Assembly: GCA_963674825.1 (NCBI GenBank)
Contig: OY771587.1
Span: 1,440,001 to 1,504,000 of the forward strand
From: Candidatus Cloacimonadales bacterium
GTDB lineage: Bacteria > Cloacimonadota > Cloacimonadia > Cloacimonadales > JAIOQZ01
Direction of reading: 5' to 3'
DNA: 64,000 nt
Part shown: one piece after another, positions 9,323 through 22,359 of the stretch
Layout: each line of letters begins with the position of its first letter
Position numbering within the stretch: position 1 is the first letter of the stretch
Notes under the pieces: generated by a model
What the model saw: the letters and a program-made list of their open reading frames with translations, nothing else
Told to the model about the DNA's origin: nothing
The model's database searches: none
Position numbers and translations under genes: made by a program

Positions 9323-10588
9323 ATGCGATTCGAACTGCCTTACGGAGATCGTACCTATCCCATCGAAATCGATGAAGGAAACGTCCTGGATGTTCTCCAA
9401 CTGCACGAACTCCCGGTGATAGAGAATCCCGAAGAAGCACTGCTGGAGAGCTTTGAGCATCCATCCGGTTGCGATTCACTCCGAACGCTGCTCAAGCAGA
9501 AGCCAATCGAAAGCCTGGTAATCGTGGTTACCGATCACACCCGCGGATGCCCCTACCCGGTGATCCTTCCCCCGTTGATCGAGACCATCATCGATAGCGG
9601 TGTGAAGCCGGAGGCGATCGAGTTCCTCATCGCAAACGGAACCCACCCCACGATGACTATCGAGCAAAAGCGAAAACAATACGGTTCCGCGGTGGTGGAG
9701 AGCTTCCCATTCACCTGTAACGACTGCCGTGCTGATGATCTCGTCTACATGGGCGATCTGGCCGGTAAGAATCCTTTTTTCATGAACAAACTCGCCTATG
9801 ATGCCGATTTCCTCATTACCACCGGTGTGATCAACACTCACTACATGGCTGGTTTTTCCGGTGGGCGCAAGAGCATCCTGCCCGGCGTAAGCGGCTACGA
9901 AACTATCCGTACAAATCACAGCATGGTGCTAAACAGAAGAGTCGATCTGGCGCGTCTGGACGACAACCCCATCCATCTGCAGATGAGCGAAGCCGCCACC
10001 CTGGCGGATGTCGATTTCAACCTCAACGTGATTCTCGACGACCACAAGCGCATCGTGAAGATATTCTCCGGTGATATCCATGCATCCTTCATCGACGGCG
10101 CTCGCTTTATGCGCGATCACTACAGCGTCCCCTGCGACGGCCTTGCCGATGTGATTGTTATAACACCTGGAGGGCAACCCAAGGATCGCACCCTGTTCCA
10201 CACGCAGAAATGCCTCAACAACGCTTTCCCCATGCTGAAGGCCGGCGGCACGGTGGTGGTGTTCAGTCCCTGCAACGAAGGCGTAGGATCCGACGAGATG
10301 GTGCGCTTTCTACGCTCGGTGGATAATCCTCTGAAGCTACTTGAGATCCCACCGCAGGAGATCACCGTCGGCGGACACCGCGCCGTGGCAACCGCGAAGC
10401 TGATGGAAAAAGGGGATATCATTCTCTTCACCGATATGCCACAAGAAGAGGTCGAAGCCCTGCACTTCAAATACGCTGACAACTGGCAAACGATTCTCGA
10501 TGGACTCAAAGCGAAGTATGGAAACGATGTGAAGATACGCGTCATCCCGAACGGAAACCAGTTTTACGGAGAGCTGCATGAGGCGTAG
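9323..10588 (+). CDS. LarA-family nickel-pincer-dependent racemase/epimerase homolog
   Basis: DHTR, NGTH, HYMAGFSGGRKS...PG and PGGQPKD motifs. Confidence 0.88.
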   Translation: MRFELPYGDRTYPIEIDEGNVLDVLQLHELPVIENPEEALLESFEHPSGCDSLRTLLKQKPIESLVIVVTDHTRGCPYPVILPPLIETIIDSGVKPEAIEFLIANGTHPTMTIEQKRKQYGSAVVESFPFTCNDCRADDLVYMGDLAGKNPFFMNKLAYDADFLITTGVINTHYMAGFSGGRKSILPGVSGYETIRTNHSMVLNRRVDLARLDDNPIHLQMSEAATLADVDFNLNVILDDHKRIVKIFSGDIHASFIDGARFMRDHYSVPCDGLADVIVITPGGQPKDRTLFHTQKCLNNAFPMLKAGGTVVVFSPCNEGVGSDEMVRFLRSVDNPLKLLEIPPQEITVGGHRAVATAKLMEKGDIILFTDMPQEEVEALHFKYADNWQTILDGLKAKYGNDVKIRVIPNGNQFYGELHEA

Positions 10589-11201
10589 CCTGATGTTGTG
10601 GATCGAGTTCGGTATCATCTTCGTGATGCTGCCGATTCTGGCATGGATGAATCTCTTCAAGTTCCCGAAGTTCTTCCTGCTTTTCGCGGTTCTGGTCTAT
10701 TGCATCTTGATGCTGATCACCGACAAATCGTTCGATCGCAGCAAATTCTGGAACAGGCGCGGTTTCAAGATACGACTCATTCTGCCCAAAATCGTCATTG
10801 TTACTCTTTTTCTCGCGGCTTACACCATCGTGTTTGAGCGCGAATTTCTCTTCTGGATTCCCAAGCACAATCTGAGGTTGTGGGTTGTGATCATGGTGCT
10901 CTATCCCATCCTGTCGGCCTATCCGCAAGAGCTGATCTACCGTACTTACTTCTTCGAACGCTATCGCCGCATTTTCGGTAAGTACCTGGATATCCTGAGT
11001 ATAGTAGCGTTCTGTTTTCTGCATATTATCTACGATAACTGGATCGCGTTGGTGTTTTCTTTTGCCGGGGGTTACATGTTTACCCGGACGTACCGTAAAT
11101 CAGGCTCACTGGCCTTGACTGCGTTCGAGCACGCGATCTACGGCGCGCTTGTCTTCACGCTGGGATTGGGAAAGTACTTCTACGAGCACTGGGGAGCGTG
11201 A
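10578..11201 (+). CDS. CPBP (CAAX protease-like) intramembrane metalloprotease
   Basis: QELIYR, FCFLH, EHAIYG motifs; several TM segments. Confidence 0.85.
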   Translation: MRRSLMLWIEFGIIFVMLPILAWMNLFKFPKFFLLFAVLVYCILMLITDKSFDRSKFWNRRGFKIRLILPKIVIVTLFLAAYTIVFEREFLFWIPKHNLRLWVVIMVLYPILSAYPQELIYRTYFFERYRRIFGKYLDILSIVAFCFLHIIYDNWIALVFSFAGGYMFTRTYRKSGSLALTAFEHAIYGALVFTLGLGKYFYEHWGA

Positions 11202-11268
11202 TGCGGAAAAACTTGCCCGATAAGCATGCTCCGATTAGACTGTCAGATAAAATAAACAAGGATATACT

Positions 11269-12075
11269 ATGTTCACACAACCTGTAGGGGTTGCTCTTCT
11301 ACTTACCATTTTTGCAGGACTTTCCACTGGTATCGGAAGCGCGATAGCGTTTTTCAGCAAAAGGACCAACGAGTCGTTTCTTTCGGTCGCGTTGGGATTT
11401 TCAGCCGGTGTGATGCTCTATGTTTCGTTTGTTGAGATTTTCCAGAAATCGCGTGCTGCATTAAGCTGTGATTTCTCGGCGAAAGGAGCCTATTGGCTTA
11501 CAGTCGCTGGATTCTTCGGCGGCATGCTGCTGGTCGCAATGATCGACAAGCTTGTACCCGATTTCGAGAACCCGCATGAGACGCGCCATGTGGAGGATAT
11601 AAATCCCGAGCAGAAAAAGAAGCAGAAGCTTCTGCGCATGGGATTCCTCTCAGCCCTGGCTATCGCGATTCACAACTTCCCGGAAGGCCTCGCGACCTTC
11701 ACCGCCGCCCTGGCCGATCCCACGCTTGGTATCACGATCGCCGTCGCGATCGCGATCCACAACATTCCAGAGGGTATCGCTGTTTCAGTACCGCTCTATT
11801 ACGCTACCGGCAGCAAAAAGAAGGCGTTCTTCTGGTCGTTCATGTCCGGACTGGCCGAGCCTGTAGGTGCAATTATTGGCTACCTGCTTCTAATGCGGTT
11901 CATGAACAATCTGATGTTCGGCTTGATCTTCTCGTCCGTGGCGGGTATCATGGTATTTATCTCGTTAGATCAGCTTCTTCCGACAGCGGAGGAATACGGC
12001 AAGCACCATCTGGCTATTTACGGTCTGGTTGGAGGGATGGCGCTGATGGCGATAAGTCTTCTGCTTTTTGCGTAG
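11269..12075 (+). CDS. zupT: ZIP-family zinc transporter
   Basis: HNFPEG and HNIPEG motifs; [11 protein letters not shown]. Confidence 0.95.
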   Translation: MFTQPVGVALLLTIFAGLSTGIGSAIAFFSKRTNESFLSVALGFSAGVMLYVSFVEIFQKSRAALSCDFSAKGAYWLTVAGFFGGMLLVAMIDKLVPDFENPHETRHVEDINPEQKKKQKLLRMGFLSALAIAIHNFPEGLATFTAALADPTLGITIAVAIAIHNIPEGIAVSVPLYYATGSKKKAFFWSFMSGLAEPVGAIIGYLLLMRFMNNLMFGLIFSSVAGIMVFISLDQLLPTAEEYGKHHLAIYGLVGGMALMAISLLLFA

Positions 12076-13315
12076 GTTCCCTGAATTCGATTTCGAGCGG
12101 ATAGGCTTGCCGGAGAATAATCTGATCGTGCGTGAAAACCGTTTCCGCGCCGATCACACGTCGTCCGCCGGCAATCGATTCGATAAAGCGGAACAGGTTA
12201 CGCCCTGATTGGGTAGGCTTCCTTGTCTCGCAGGCGTCCAGAAAGATCACACCGTCATCTGGCATTAGCGAGAAAGCCTCTTCCAACTCGACATCCGTCG
12301 GATCGATATCCATCTTTTCGTAGTAGTTCAGATTCGAGATAATCTCTTTTCTGCTATCCAGCGTCAGCGATTCCGAACTTCCGTGGCCGCAGATGGCCAG
12401 TAGATCGATCGTACCCGTCTCTTCGATGAGCTGCTTGATCTGCATTTCGTTGTGGATGATTTCCACGCGTGTGTCGTAGGCCTTCCATATCTCGTTGTAG
12501 AGTTTCACAGCTGCATCCGATGTGAATTCACCGTTGAAATCGCTTACTGCGAACAAAAAGAGCGAGTTGGGTCGATCAGTATCCGCGAATTCACGGAGGT
12601 TCTCGACCGGAACTTTCCAGCGATAATAGCGCAGAACGTCCTCAAAGGACCGGGTCTTTTCGGCGCAAGCTTTCGCATATTCAACGGTTCCGCCCTCAAG
12701 AATGTAGTCGATGAGATAAAACGGAGCGTTCATCTTGATCTCGAGAAATGGTTCGATCTGATCTGCGGTGATTCTGTTTTCGACGAGTTTGAGAAGGATC
12801 ATTCCACGTAGATGGTATTCATGCTGCCGGAAAAGGTGGTACATCTGGCCTGCATAGAGCGTGTCGCCACCAGCTTCGATGTAATGGAGCAATTCAGGCC
12901 CGGAGAAGAGAGTAGAGTCCAGCCCGGCATAAAACTCGACTTCCTTTGTTGTCACATCCAGCGCATGTAATTTCGCGATCTGATAGCCTTGTAATCGTCG
13001 TTCGTACCGGTACCGTACTCCTGCAAGCTTCTCGGCATATCGAACGGTTCCGCCACTTTGCAGGAACCACTCGACAACCGAAGGCTTGAAGAGGCTTTCG
13101 CCCCGATCGTTTTTCATCGAGAGGAGAGAATCGATGGTCCCGAAATCCGCGCCCGTGGAGCGTAACGCATCGATTTCTCGTCTTCTGAGCATGTCTTTGC
13201 CGTCTTTGGTCTTGAGGCTTTGCAACTTTTCGGTTGTGGATAGCCTTTGTCGTGGCGTACGTGCACATCCAGAGATCAAAATCAACGCGAAAAGGAACGA
13301 TACGAATCTTCTCAT
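12014..13315 (-). CDS. Hypothetical lipoprotein with internal repeats and a C-terminal His/Cys (caspase-fold/DUF4347-like) domain
   Basis: Lipobox LISG-C; motifs ICGHGS and IFLDACET; starts 2 nt after the upstream EamA stop. Confidence 0.7.
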   Translation of the reverse strand: MRRFVSFLFALILISGCARTPRQRLSTTEKLQSLKTKDGKDMLRRREIDALRSTGADFGTIDSLLSMKNDRGESLFKPSVVEWFLQSGGTVRYAEKLAGVRYRYERRLQGYQIAKLHALDVTTKEVEFYAGLDSTLFSGPELLHYIEAGGDTLYAGQMYHLFRQHEYHLRGMILLKLVENRITADQIEPFLEIKMNAPFYLIDYILEGGTVEYAKACAEKTRSFEDVLRYYRWKVPVENLREFADTDRPNSLFLFAVSDFNGEFTSDAAVKLYNEIWKAYDTRVEIIHNEMQIKQLIEETGTIDLLAICGHGSSESLTLDSRKEIISNLNYYEKMDIDPTDVELEEAFSLMPDDGVIFLDACETRKPTQSGRNLFRFIESIAGGRRVIGAETVFTHDQIILRQAYPLEIEFREPTQKAEDLSPSAPSLQPDRK

Positions 13316-13316
13316 G

Positions 13317-13742
13317 TCAACTGAAAGTCAGTACGAATATACCGCCTACGGTCATGCAGATGCCGATGATTTTCTTGAGAGTGACCGCTTCGCCACTGAA
13401 GAGGATACCCATGATAGCGCCGAAGAGCGGCGAGGTGAAAGCAATGGGCATGACCTTGCCGAGCGGTGCGCCTTTTATCGCGATGTAGAAGCAGAGCATA
13501 CCGGCAGCACCTGCGGCGACACCGCCACCAATAGCCATGTAAAGCAATGCTTTGGTTCCGGCGTATTGTAGAGTCTTCCATTGCGGGAAACTCACCGTTC
13601 CCAGAATCAGAAGCGCGATAAATGTACGAATGGTTATTCCCATCTGAGGTGAGAGGTTGCCCATGTGCAGGCCTTTTTTTTCGAAATATCCGCCGACACC
13701 CCAGAAAAAGGCTGTTAGCAGTGCGAACATTTGAGCTTTCAT
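13317..13742 (-). CDS. EamA/DMT family small transporter
   Basis: About five TM segments; FFWG...EKKGL, KVMPI, GE..TLKKIIG. Confidence 0.88.
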   Translation of the reverse strand: MKAQMFALLTAFFWGVGGYFEKKGLHMGNLSPQMGITIRTFIALLILGTVSFPQWKTLQYAGTKALLYMAIGGGVAAGAAGMLCFYIAIKGAPLGKVMPIAFTSPLFGAIMGILFSGEAVTLKKIIGICMTVGGIFVLTFS

Positions 13743-13753
13743 TATTTATCCTT

Positions 13754-14875
13754 TCATGATGTTGTCTTTTTGAAGCAGACGTTTCGCGCACTGAGGTATT
13801 GCATAATCAGTTCGAAATGCTGCTTGCCGAGGTATTCCGGCGGACAGATTCCCACGCGACTGAATTTTTCTTCCAGAACCAGCGTTGCGGCTGCGGTACA
13901 GGTGTAGCCTGTGGTACGGGACATTGATGAAAAGCCGGTCTTCGGGTCCATCTGATCGAGCAGATCATAGGTGATCGTCGTGCCATCGTCTTTGCCTTTG
14001 CCTTCCAGGATGATGCGCATGATGGTGTAGTCGATCTCGCCTGGTTCGAGTTTCCAGGCGTCAAAGAGTAGCTTCGCGGTCATGTCGATGGGAGAAATCC
14101 AGTTGTTGTTTACGCGCACCTCTTCTTTCTTGAAAAAGCCGCTTTCACGCAAGATACGCATTAATTCGATATGACCAGGATAGCGCATGGTCTTTTCGAG
14201 CATATCGGGGACGTCCATGGTCTTGATGAGGGTACGAAGGCCATCGGTGTTGAAGGCTTCGAGTGTGCCGAGTTCTGGAAAATCGATCAACTCCGGTTCG
14301 GAGAGCGCAGGTTTCGCTATAACAACGCTGTCTTGCACGATACGTGCTGGACGCGTGTATTCTTCAAGTACATCGATGGGTGAGAATGGAGCTTTGTATT
14401 GCCAGGGAAGCGTGCGAACCTTGGGAAGTCCGCCTACATAGCAGGTGAAGCTACCGACATCCATTTTCGAAGCGTGATGCCCCAGGATGATGTTGCTCAT
14501 GCCAGGTGCGATTCCGCAATCAACGATCGCGATCACACCATTTTCCATTGCAAGCTCGTCCAGAAGAAACGGATCCTGCTCAAAAAAGCTGATATCCACC
14601 ACATTTCTACCGGCTTCGATGATGCGTTCGAGCGTTTTATAGCCCATGTATCCCGGTACAGCGTTTATTACCAGATCGCAGTCGCGAATCGCGTCTTGAA
14701 GCAATTGTTCGACACTCAGATCGGCGATAGTCGTCTCAACTGAGTATTTCGCTTCAAGCTTCTGTAGCACTGCGGGAGCATGATCATAAACATGAACCTG
14801 GTATCGTGTGGAAAGATCAGCAGCGATTGCGCTACCTACCATGCCACATCCGAGAACAGTCACTTTCTTCTTCAT
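13754..14875 (-). CDS. Saccharopine dehydrogenase / lysine 6-dehydrogenase family protein
   Basis: VLGCGMVG Rossmann motif, DISF, DCGIAPG, LEAFNTDGL, KTMRYPGH, SMSRTTG. Confidence 0.9.
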   Translation of the reverse strand: MKKKVTVLGCGMVGSAIAADLSTRYQVHVYDHAPAVLQKLEAKYSVETTIADLSVEQLLQDAIRDCDLVINAVPGYMGYKTLERIIEAGRNVVDISFFEQDPFLLDELAMENGVIAIVDCGIAPGMSNIILGHHASKMDVGSFTCYVGGLPKVRTLPWQYKAPFSPIDVLEEYTRPARIVQDSVVIAKPALSEPELIDFPELGTLEAFNTDGLRTLIKTMDVPDMLEKTMRYPGHIELMRILRESGFFKKEEVRVNNNWISPIDMTAKLLFDAWKLEPGEIDYTIMRIILEGKGKDDGTTITYDLLDQMDPKTGFSSMSRTTGYTCTAAATLVLEEKFSRVGICPPEYLGKQHFELIMQYLSARNVCFKKTTS

Positions 14876-14902
14876 ATTGCCTCCAAACCGTCGAATATCC
14901 AT

Positions 14903-14931
14903 GTAATATGGGGGCTGTCTTTCGATGTCAA
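14903..14931 (-). promoter_or_regulatory. Sigma70-type promoter for the dehydrogenase-EamA-lipoprotein operon
   Basis: TTGACA-17 nt-TATTAC on the minus strand. Confidence 0.6.
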
Positions 14932-15045
14932 GAAATTCGAGATTCTACGACAAAGGATCATCATTATAACATTCAGCTTCTTTTTCGTGTAATAGAAAAA
15001 CCTTGAGCAACGTTATACGAGAGAAATGACAATGTGGAGGTCAAT

Positions 15046-16461
15046 ATGAAAAGAGTCATCATCATTTCAATGCTGCTGACCGCGCTGGCACTGTCCGCGC
15101 TGCCACTGACCGAGGACGGAAAGTCGCCCTTTGTCGATGTGGTTAAGAACATACGTGAGTCAGTCGTGCACATCAAGGTCGAATCGGAGTATCAGGTCAA
15201 TTTCCGAAATCCCGCTTTCGAGGATTTCTTCCGGTTCTATTATCCTCAAATGCCACAAACTCGGAAATCGACGCAGTTTGGAAGCGGTTTCATCTTCAGA
15301 CGAGATGGAAACGATCTATACATCATGACCAATAATCACGTCGTGGGAAGCAATGAAAAGGCAGAAATCACCGTCACGCTTGCGGACAAAGCAAAGTTTG
15401 ACGCTGAAGTGGTTGGCCGCGACCCCAACACAGATCTGGCAGTGATCAAGATCAGCGTCGATAAGGATGAGATCGTGCCCATTGCACCGTTGGGCAATTC
15501 AGCGGAAATGGAAGTGGGCGACTGGGCTATCGCGATCGGTAATCCGTTCGGCGAACTTGGACTGGAACGCACGGTCACGGTTGGTGTCATCTCCGCGAAA
15601 GGACGCTCTAATCTCAATTTTGGCAACGAATCACCCATATATCAAGATTACATTCAAACCGACGCCGCCATCAACCCCGGCAACAGTGGTGGTCCCCTGT
15701 TGAACATCAAAGGTGAGGTAATCGGCGTTAACGCGGCGATCACCAGTCCCGCTGGTGGCAATGTGGGTATTGGCTTCGCGATCCCGGTTGATATTGCGAA
15801 AAAAGTCTCCAGCGATCTCATGAACGAAGGCCATGTTGTGCGTGCTTATCTCGGTATCGTACCGCAGGAAGTAACACCCGAGTTGAAAGAGAGCCTCAGT
15901 CTTGACGACATCGCGGGAGTTCTGGTCGCACGTGTCGCAGATGATACTCCTGCAGAAAAAGCTGGCCTGAAAAAAGGCGATGTAATTACTGAAATTGATG
16001 ACGAACCTATCAACTCCGTTTCGCAATTCCGGCTATTCGTCGCAAATCAAACGCCTGGAGAAAAGGTAAAAATGCGCATAATTCGCAAGGGTAAGCCAAT
16101 TGTTTATTACCCGATGCTTGAGGAATTCCCAGAAGAGGAAGAAAAAGAGGAATCTGAAGAGAAGCGCGATGAGAAAGATCTTGGCATTCAAGTTATGTCG
16201 CTGGACGACGAACGCGCATATCGCTTCAAAACCGAAGCTGAAAACGGCGTTATCATTACTCAGGTTGAAGCCGATTCTCCCGCTGCAGACGCTGGTTTAC
16301 AGCGTGGAGATGTGATTCTCGAAGTGAACTACAGTGCTGTCGAGAACGCGAAAGATTTTAAGAAGAAAATCGACGATGCCATGGGTCATGGAAATACGGT
16401 GCTGCTCTACGTTCTCTCACAGAACCGCTACTACCGCTACGTGGCTGTCGAGATTGATTAA
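15046..16461 (+). CDS. DegP/HtrA periplasmic serine protease with two PDZ domains
   Basis: Signal peptide; TNNHV, DLAV, TDAAINPGNSGGPL. Confidence 0.96.
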   Translation: MKRVIIISMLLTALALSALPLTEDGKSPFVDVVKNIRESVVHIKVESEYQVNFRNPAFEDFFRFYYPQMPQTRKSTQFGSGFIFRRDGNDLYIMTNNHVVGSNEKAEITVTLADKAKFDAEVVGRDPNTDLAVIKISVDKDEIVPIAPLGNSAEMEVGDWAIAIGNPFGELGLERTVTVGVISAKGRSNLNFGNESPIYQDYIQTDAAINPGNSGGPLLNIKGEVIGVNAAITSPAGGNVGIGFAIPVDIAKKVSSDLMNEGHVVRAYLGIVPQEVTPELKESLSLDDIAGVLVARVADDTPAEKAGLKKGDVITEIDDEPINSVSQFRLFVANQTPGEKVKMRIIRKGKPIVYYPMLEEFPEEEEKEESEEKRDEKDLGIQVMSLDDERAYRFKTEAENGVIITQVEADSPAADAGLQRGDVILEVNYSAVENAKDFKKKIDDAMGHGNTVLLYVLSQNRYYRYVAVEID

Positions 16462-16486
16462 TATCTAATCACCAACCAAACTCAAT

Positions 16487-16531
16487 CGGTGCCATCCTGG
16501 CTTGGCCAAAGTAACAGGATGGCACCGTTTT
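16487..16531 (+). terminator. Terminator after the DegP gene
   Basis: Perfect 13-bp inverted repeat CGGTGCCATCCTG/CAGGATGGCACCG followed by TTTT. Confidence 0.75.
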
Positions 16532-16562
16532 CATTACAATCCTGTTGATTCCCCTTCCTCAT

Positions 16563-16584
16563 GGAGCGCGGACGTCCCGTCCGC
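16563..16584 (+). repeat. REP-like palindrome
   Basis: GGAG-C-GCGGACG-tcc-CGTCCGC: 4-nt foot plus a 7-bp GC hairpin, intergenic. Confidence 0.6.
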
Positions 16585-16908
16585 ATCTTATCCTTCGTAT
16601 CCTCCTCCCAGCATCGGCGCTCAAGCACATCGTGCGAGGCCGAGCAGGCGTGTTCATCCACTTCGGAGACGTGGTGATACACGTCGTGGCGAAGGGATCG
16701 TGCGATGAGGTCAGGTGGCAGGCATAAGCAAGCGTGGATCTCTGGTGCTGCAAACGATTCTGGGGATCAAGTTCGATAAGGGGTGCGTGATATTGGATGA
16801 GCAATGATGCGAAGTGGTATTCATGTGTGACAGGGGTTTCTATACCCTGTTCTTTAGCATGGGCATGGAATGAGGTGCTTTGTATATAAGAAAAACCCCA
16901 GGGTATGA

Positions 16909-17026
16909 GAGTGGCGGCGACCTACTCTCCCACTTCGTTGCCAAAGCAGTACCATCGGCGCTGGTGAGCTTAACGGCTGTGTTCGGGATGGGAACAGGTG
17001 TAACCTCACCGCCAGAGCCACCACAC
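16909..17026 (-). rRNA. rrf: 5S rRNA (ends approximate)
   Basis: CACCTGTTCCCATCCCGAACAC, GCCGATGGTACT and GGGAGAGTAGGT on the minus strand. Confidence 0.97.
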
Positions 17027-17105
17027 TCATACCCTGGGGGTACAAGAATTAGATGTGAAGGAATGAAGTGTTTGTCCGAGTATATCGGAAGGTAAAGAGA
17101 AAGAA

Positions 17106-20006
<2,901 letters not shown>

Positions 20007-20140
20007 AAATTCATCATACGTATATATACTACATACACATACGCATGCGGAAAAGTATCCTTTCTTCTTTACTTCTTCTTTCAGTACTCTTTTAAACACT
20101 CCATTCCACATCTATAAAACTTTTAATGAACTAAAATTCC

Positions 20141-20216
20141 TGGTGGAGGATAGCGGATTCGAACCGCTGACCTCCGCCTTGCAAGGGCGGCGCTCTCCCA
20201 ACTAAGCTAATCCCCC
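20141..20216 (-). tRNA. tRNA-Ala(TGC) with encoded CCA
   Basis: GGGGGATTAGCTTAG...TTGCAAG...GGTTCGAATCC...TCCACCA cloverleaf. Confidence 0.97.
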
Positions 20217-20223
20217 GATAAAG

Positions 20224-20300
<77 letters not shown>

Positions 20301-20385
20301 TCACTCAACAAAGTTTATTAAAGTGAAGTGTGTAAAGAACAGCGAAACAACTCTATCAAACATAACCGTACATTGTTTCTCCCTT

Positions 20386-21935
<1,550 letters not shown>

Positions 21936-22002
21936 GAAAAGCTTGTCATGCTCAATATCACTGTCTCGCAAGTTCTTTACACTTCACTTCTATTCTTATT
22001 TC

Positions 22003-22015
22003 GTTTCAAAGATCA
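22003..22015 (-). promoter_or_regulatory. boxA-like antitermination element in the rrn leader
   Basis: TGATCTTTGAAAC about 70 nt upstream of the 16S gene. Confidence 0.55.
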
Positions 22016-22058
22016 CTCTCTGTCCCCACCGTCGCTCTCTGCGTCAGTAGGTTCGGTC

Positions 22059-22222
22059 ACTTTCCATATTCGATGTTTTCGTGTCAAGACTTTTTTCGAA
22101 GTTTTTTTTCCGAAGAAAATCACTCTCAACTCTCCAACACCAAATCTAACCTGTAAGGACCTACCCACCCAGGCCATGCCCAAGTGGAGCGCTAACATCT
22201 GTATTCGGTGTTTTCGTGTCAA
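22059..22222 (-). promoter_or_regulatory. Tandem rrn promoters (P1/P2)
   Basis: Two copies of TTGACACGAAAACA(C/T)CGAATA at 22067-22087 and 22202-22222, each with A-tracts upstream (UP-like). Confidence 0.75.
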
Positions 22223-22359
22223 TAGATTTTCTGGAAAAATATCGGCTTATTAGCTATATCTATTCGGAACAGATTGAAAATAAAGAGAGATACGTTTTGA
22301 AGAAAAATCGCTCATTATGCGCTTTCAGGTGATTTCAGCCGACAGACACCGGATTCGGG

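Noticed and set aside
16749..16779. GCAAACGAT, resembling a tmRNA resume codon (ANDSGDQVR*)
   Set aside because: No Ala-Ala-type tag end and no tRNA-like acceptor or T arm nearby.
16482..16804. Small ORFs as a possible RAYT/IS200 remnant next to the REP
   Set aside because: No convincing HUH/Tyr transposase motifs and no RBS.
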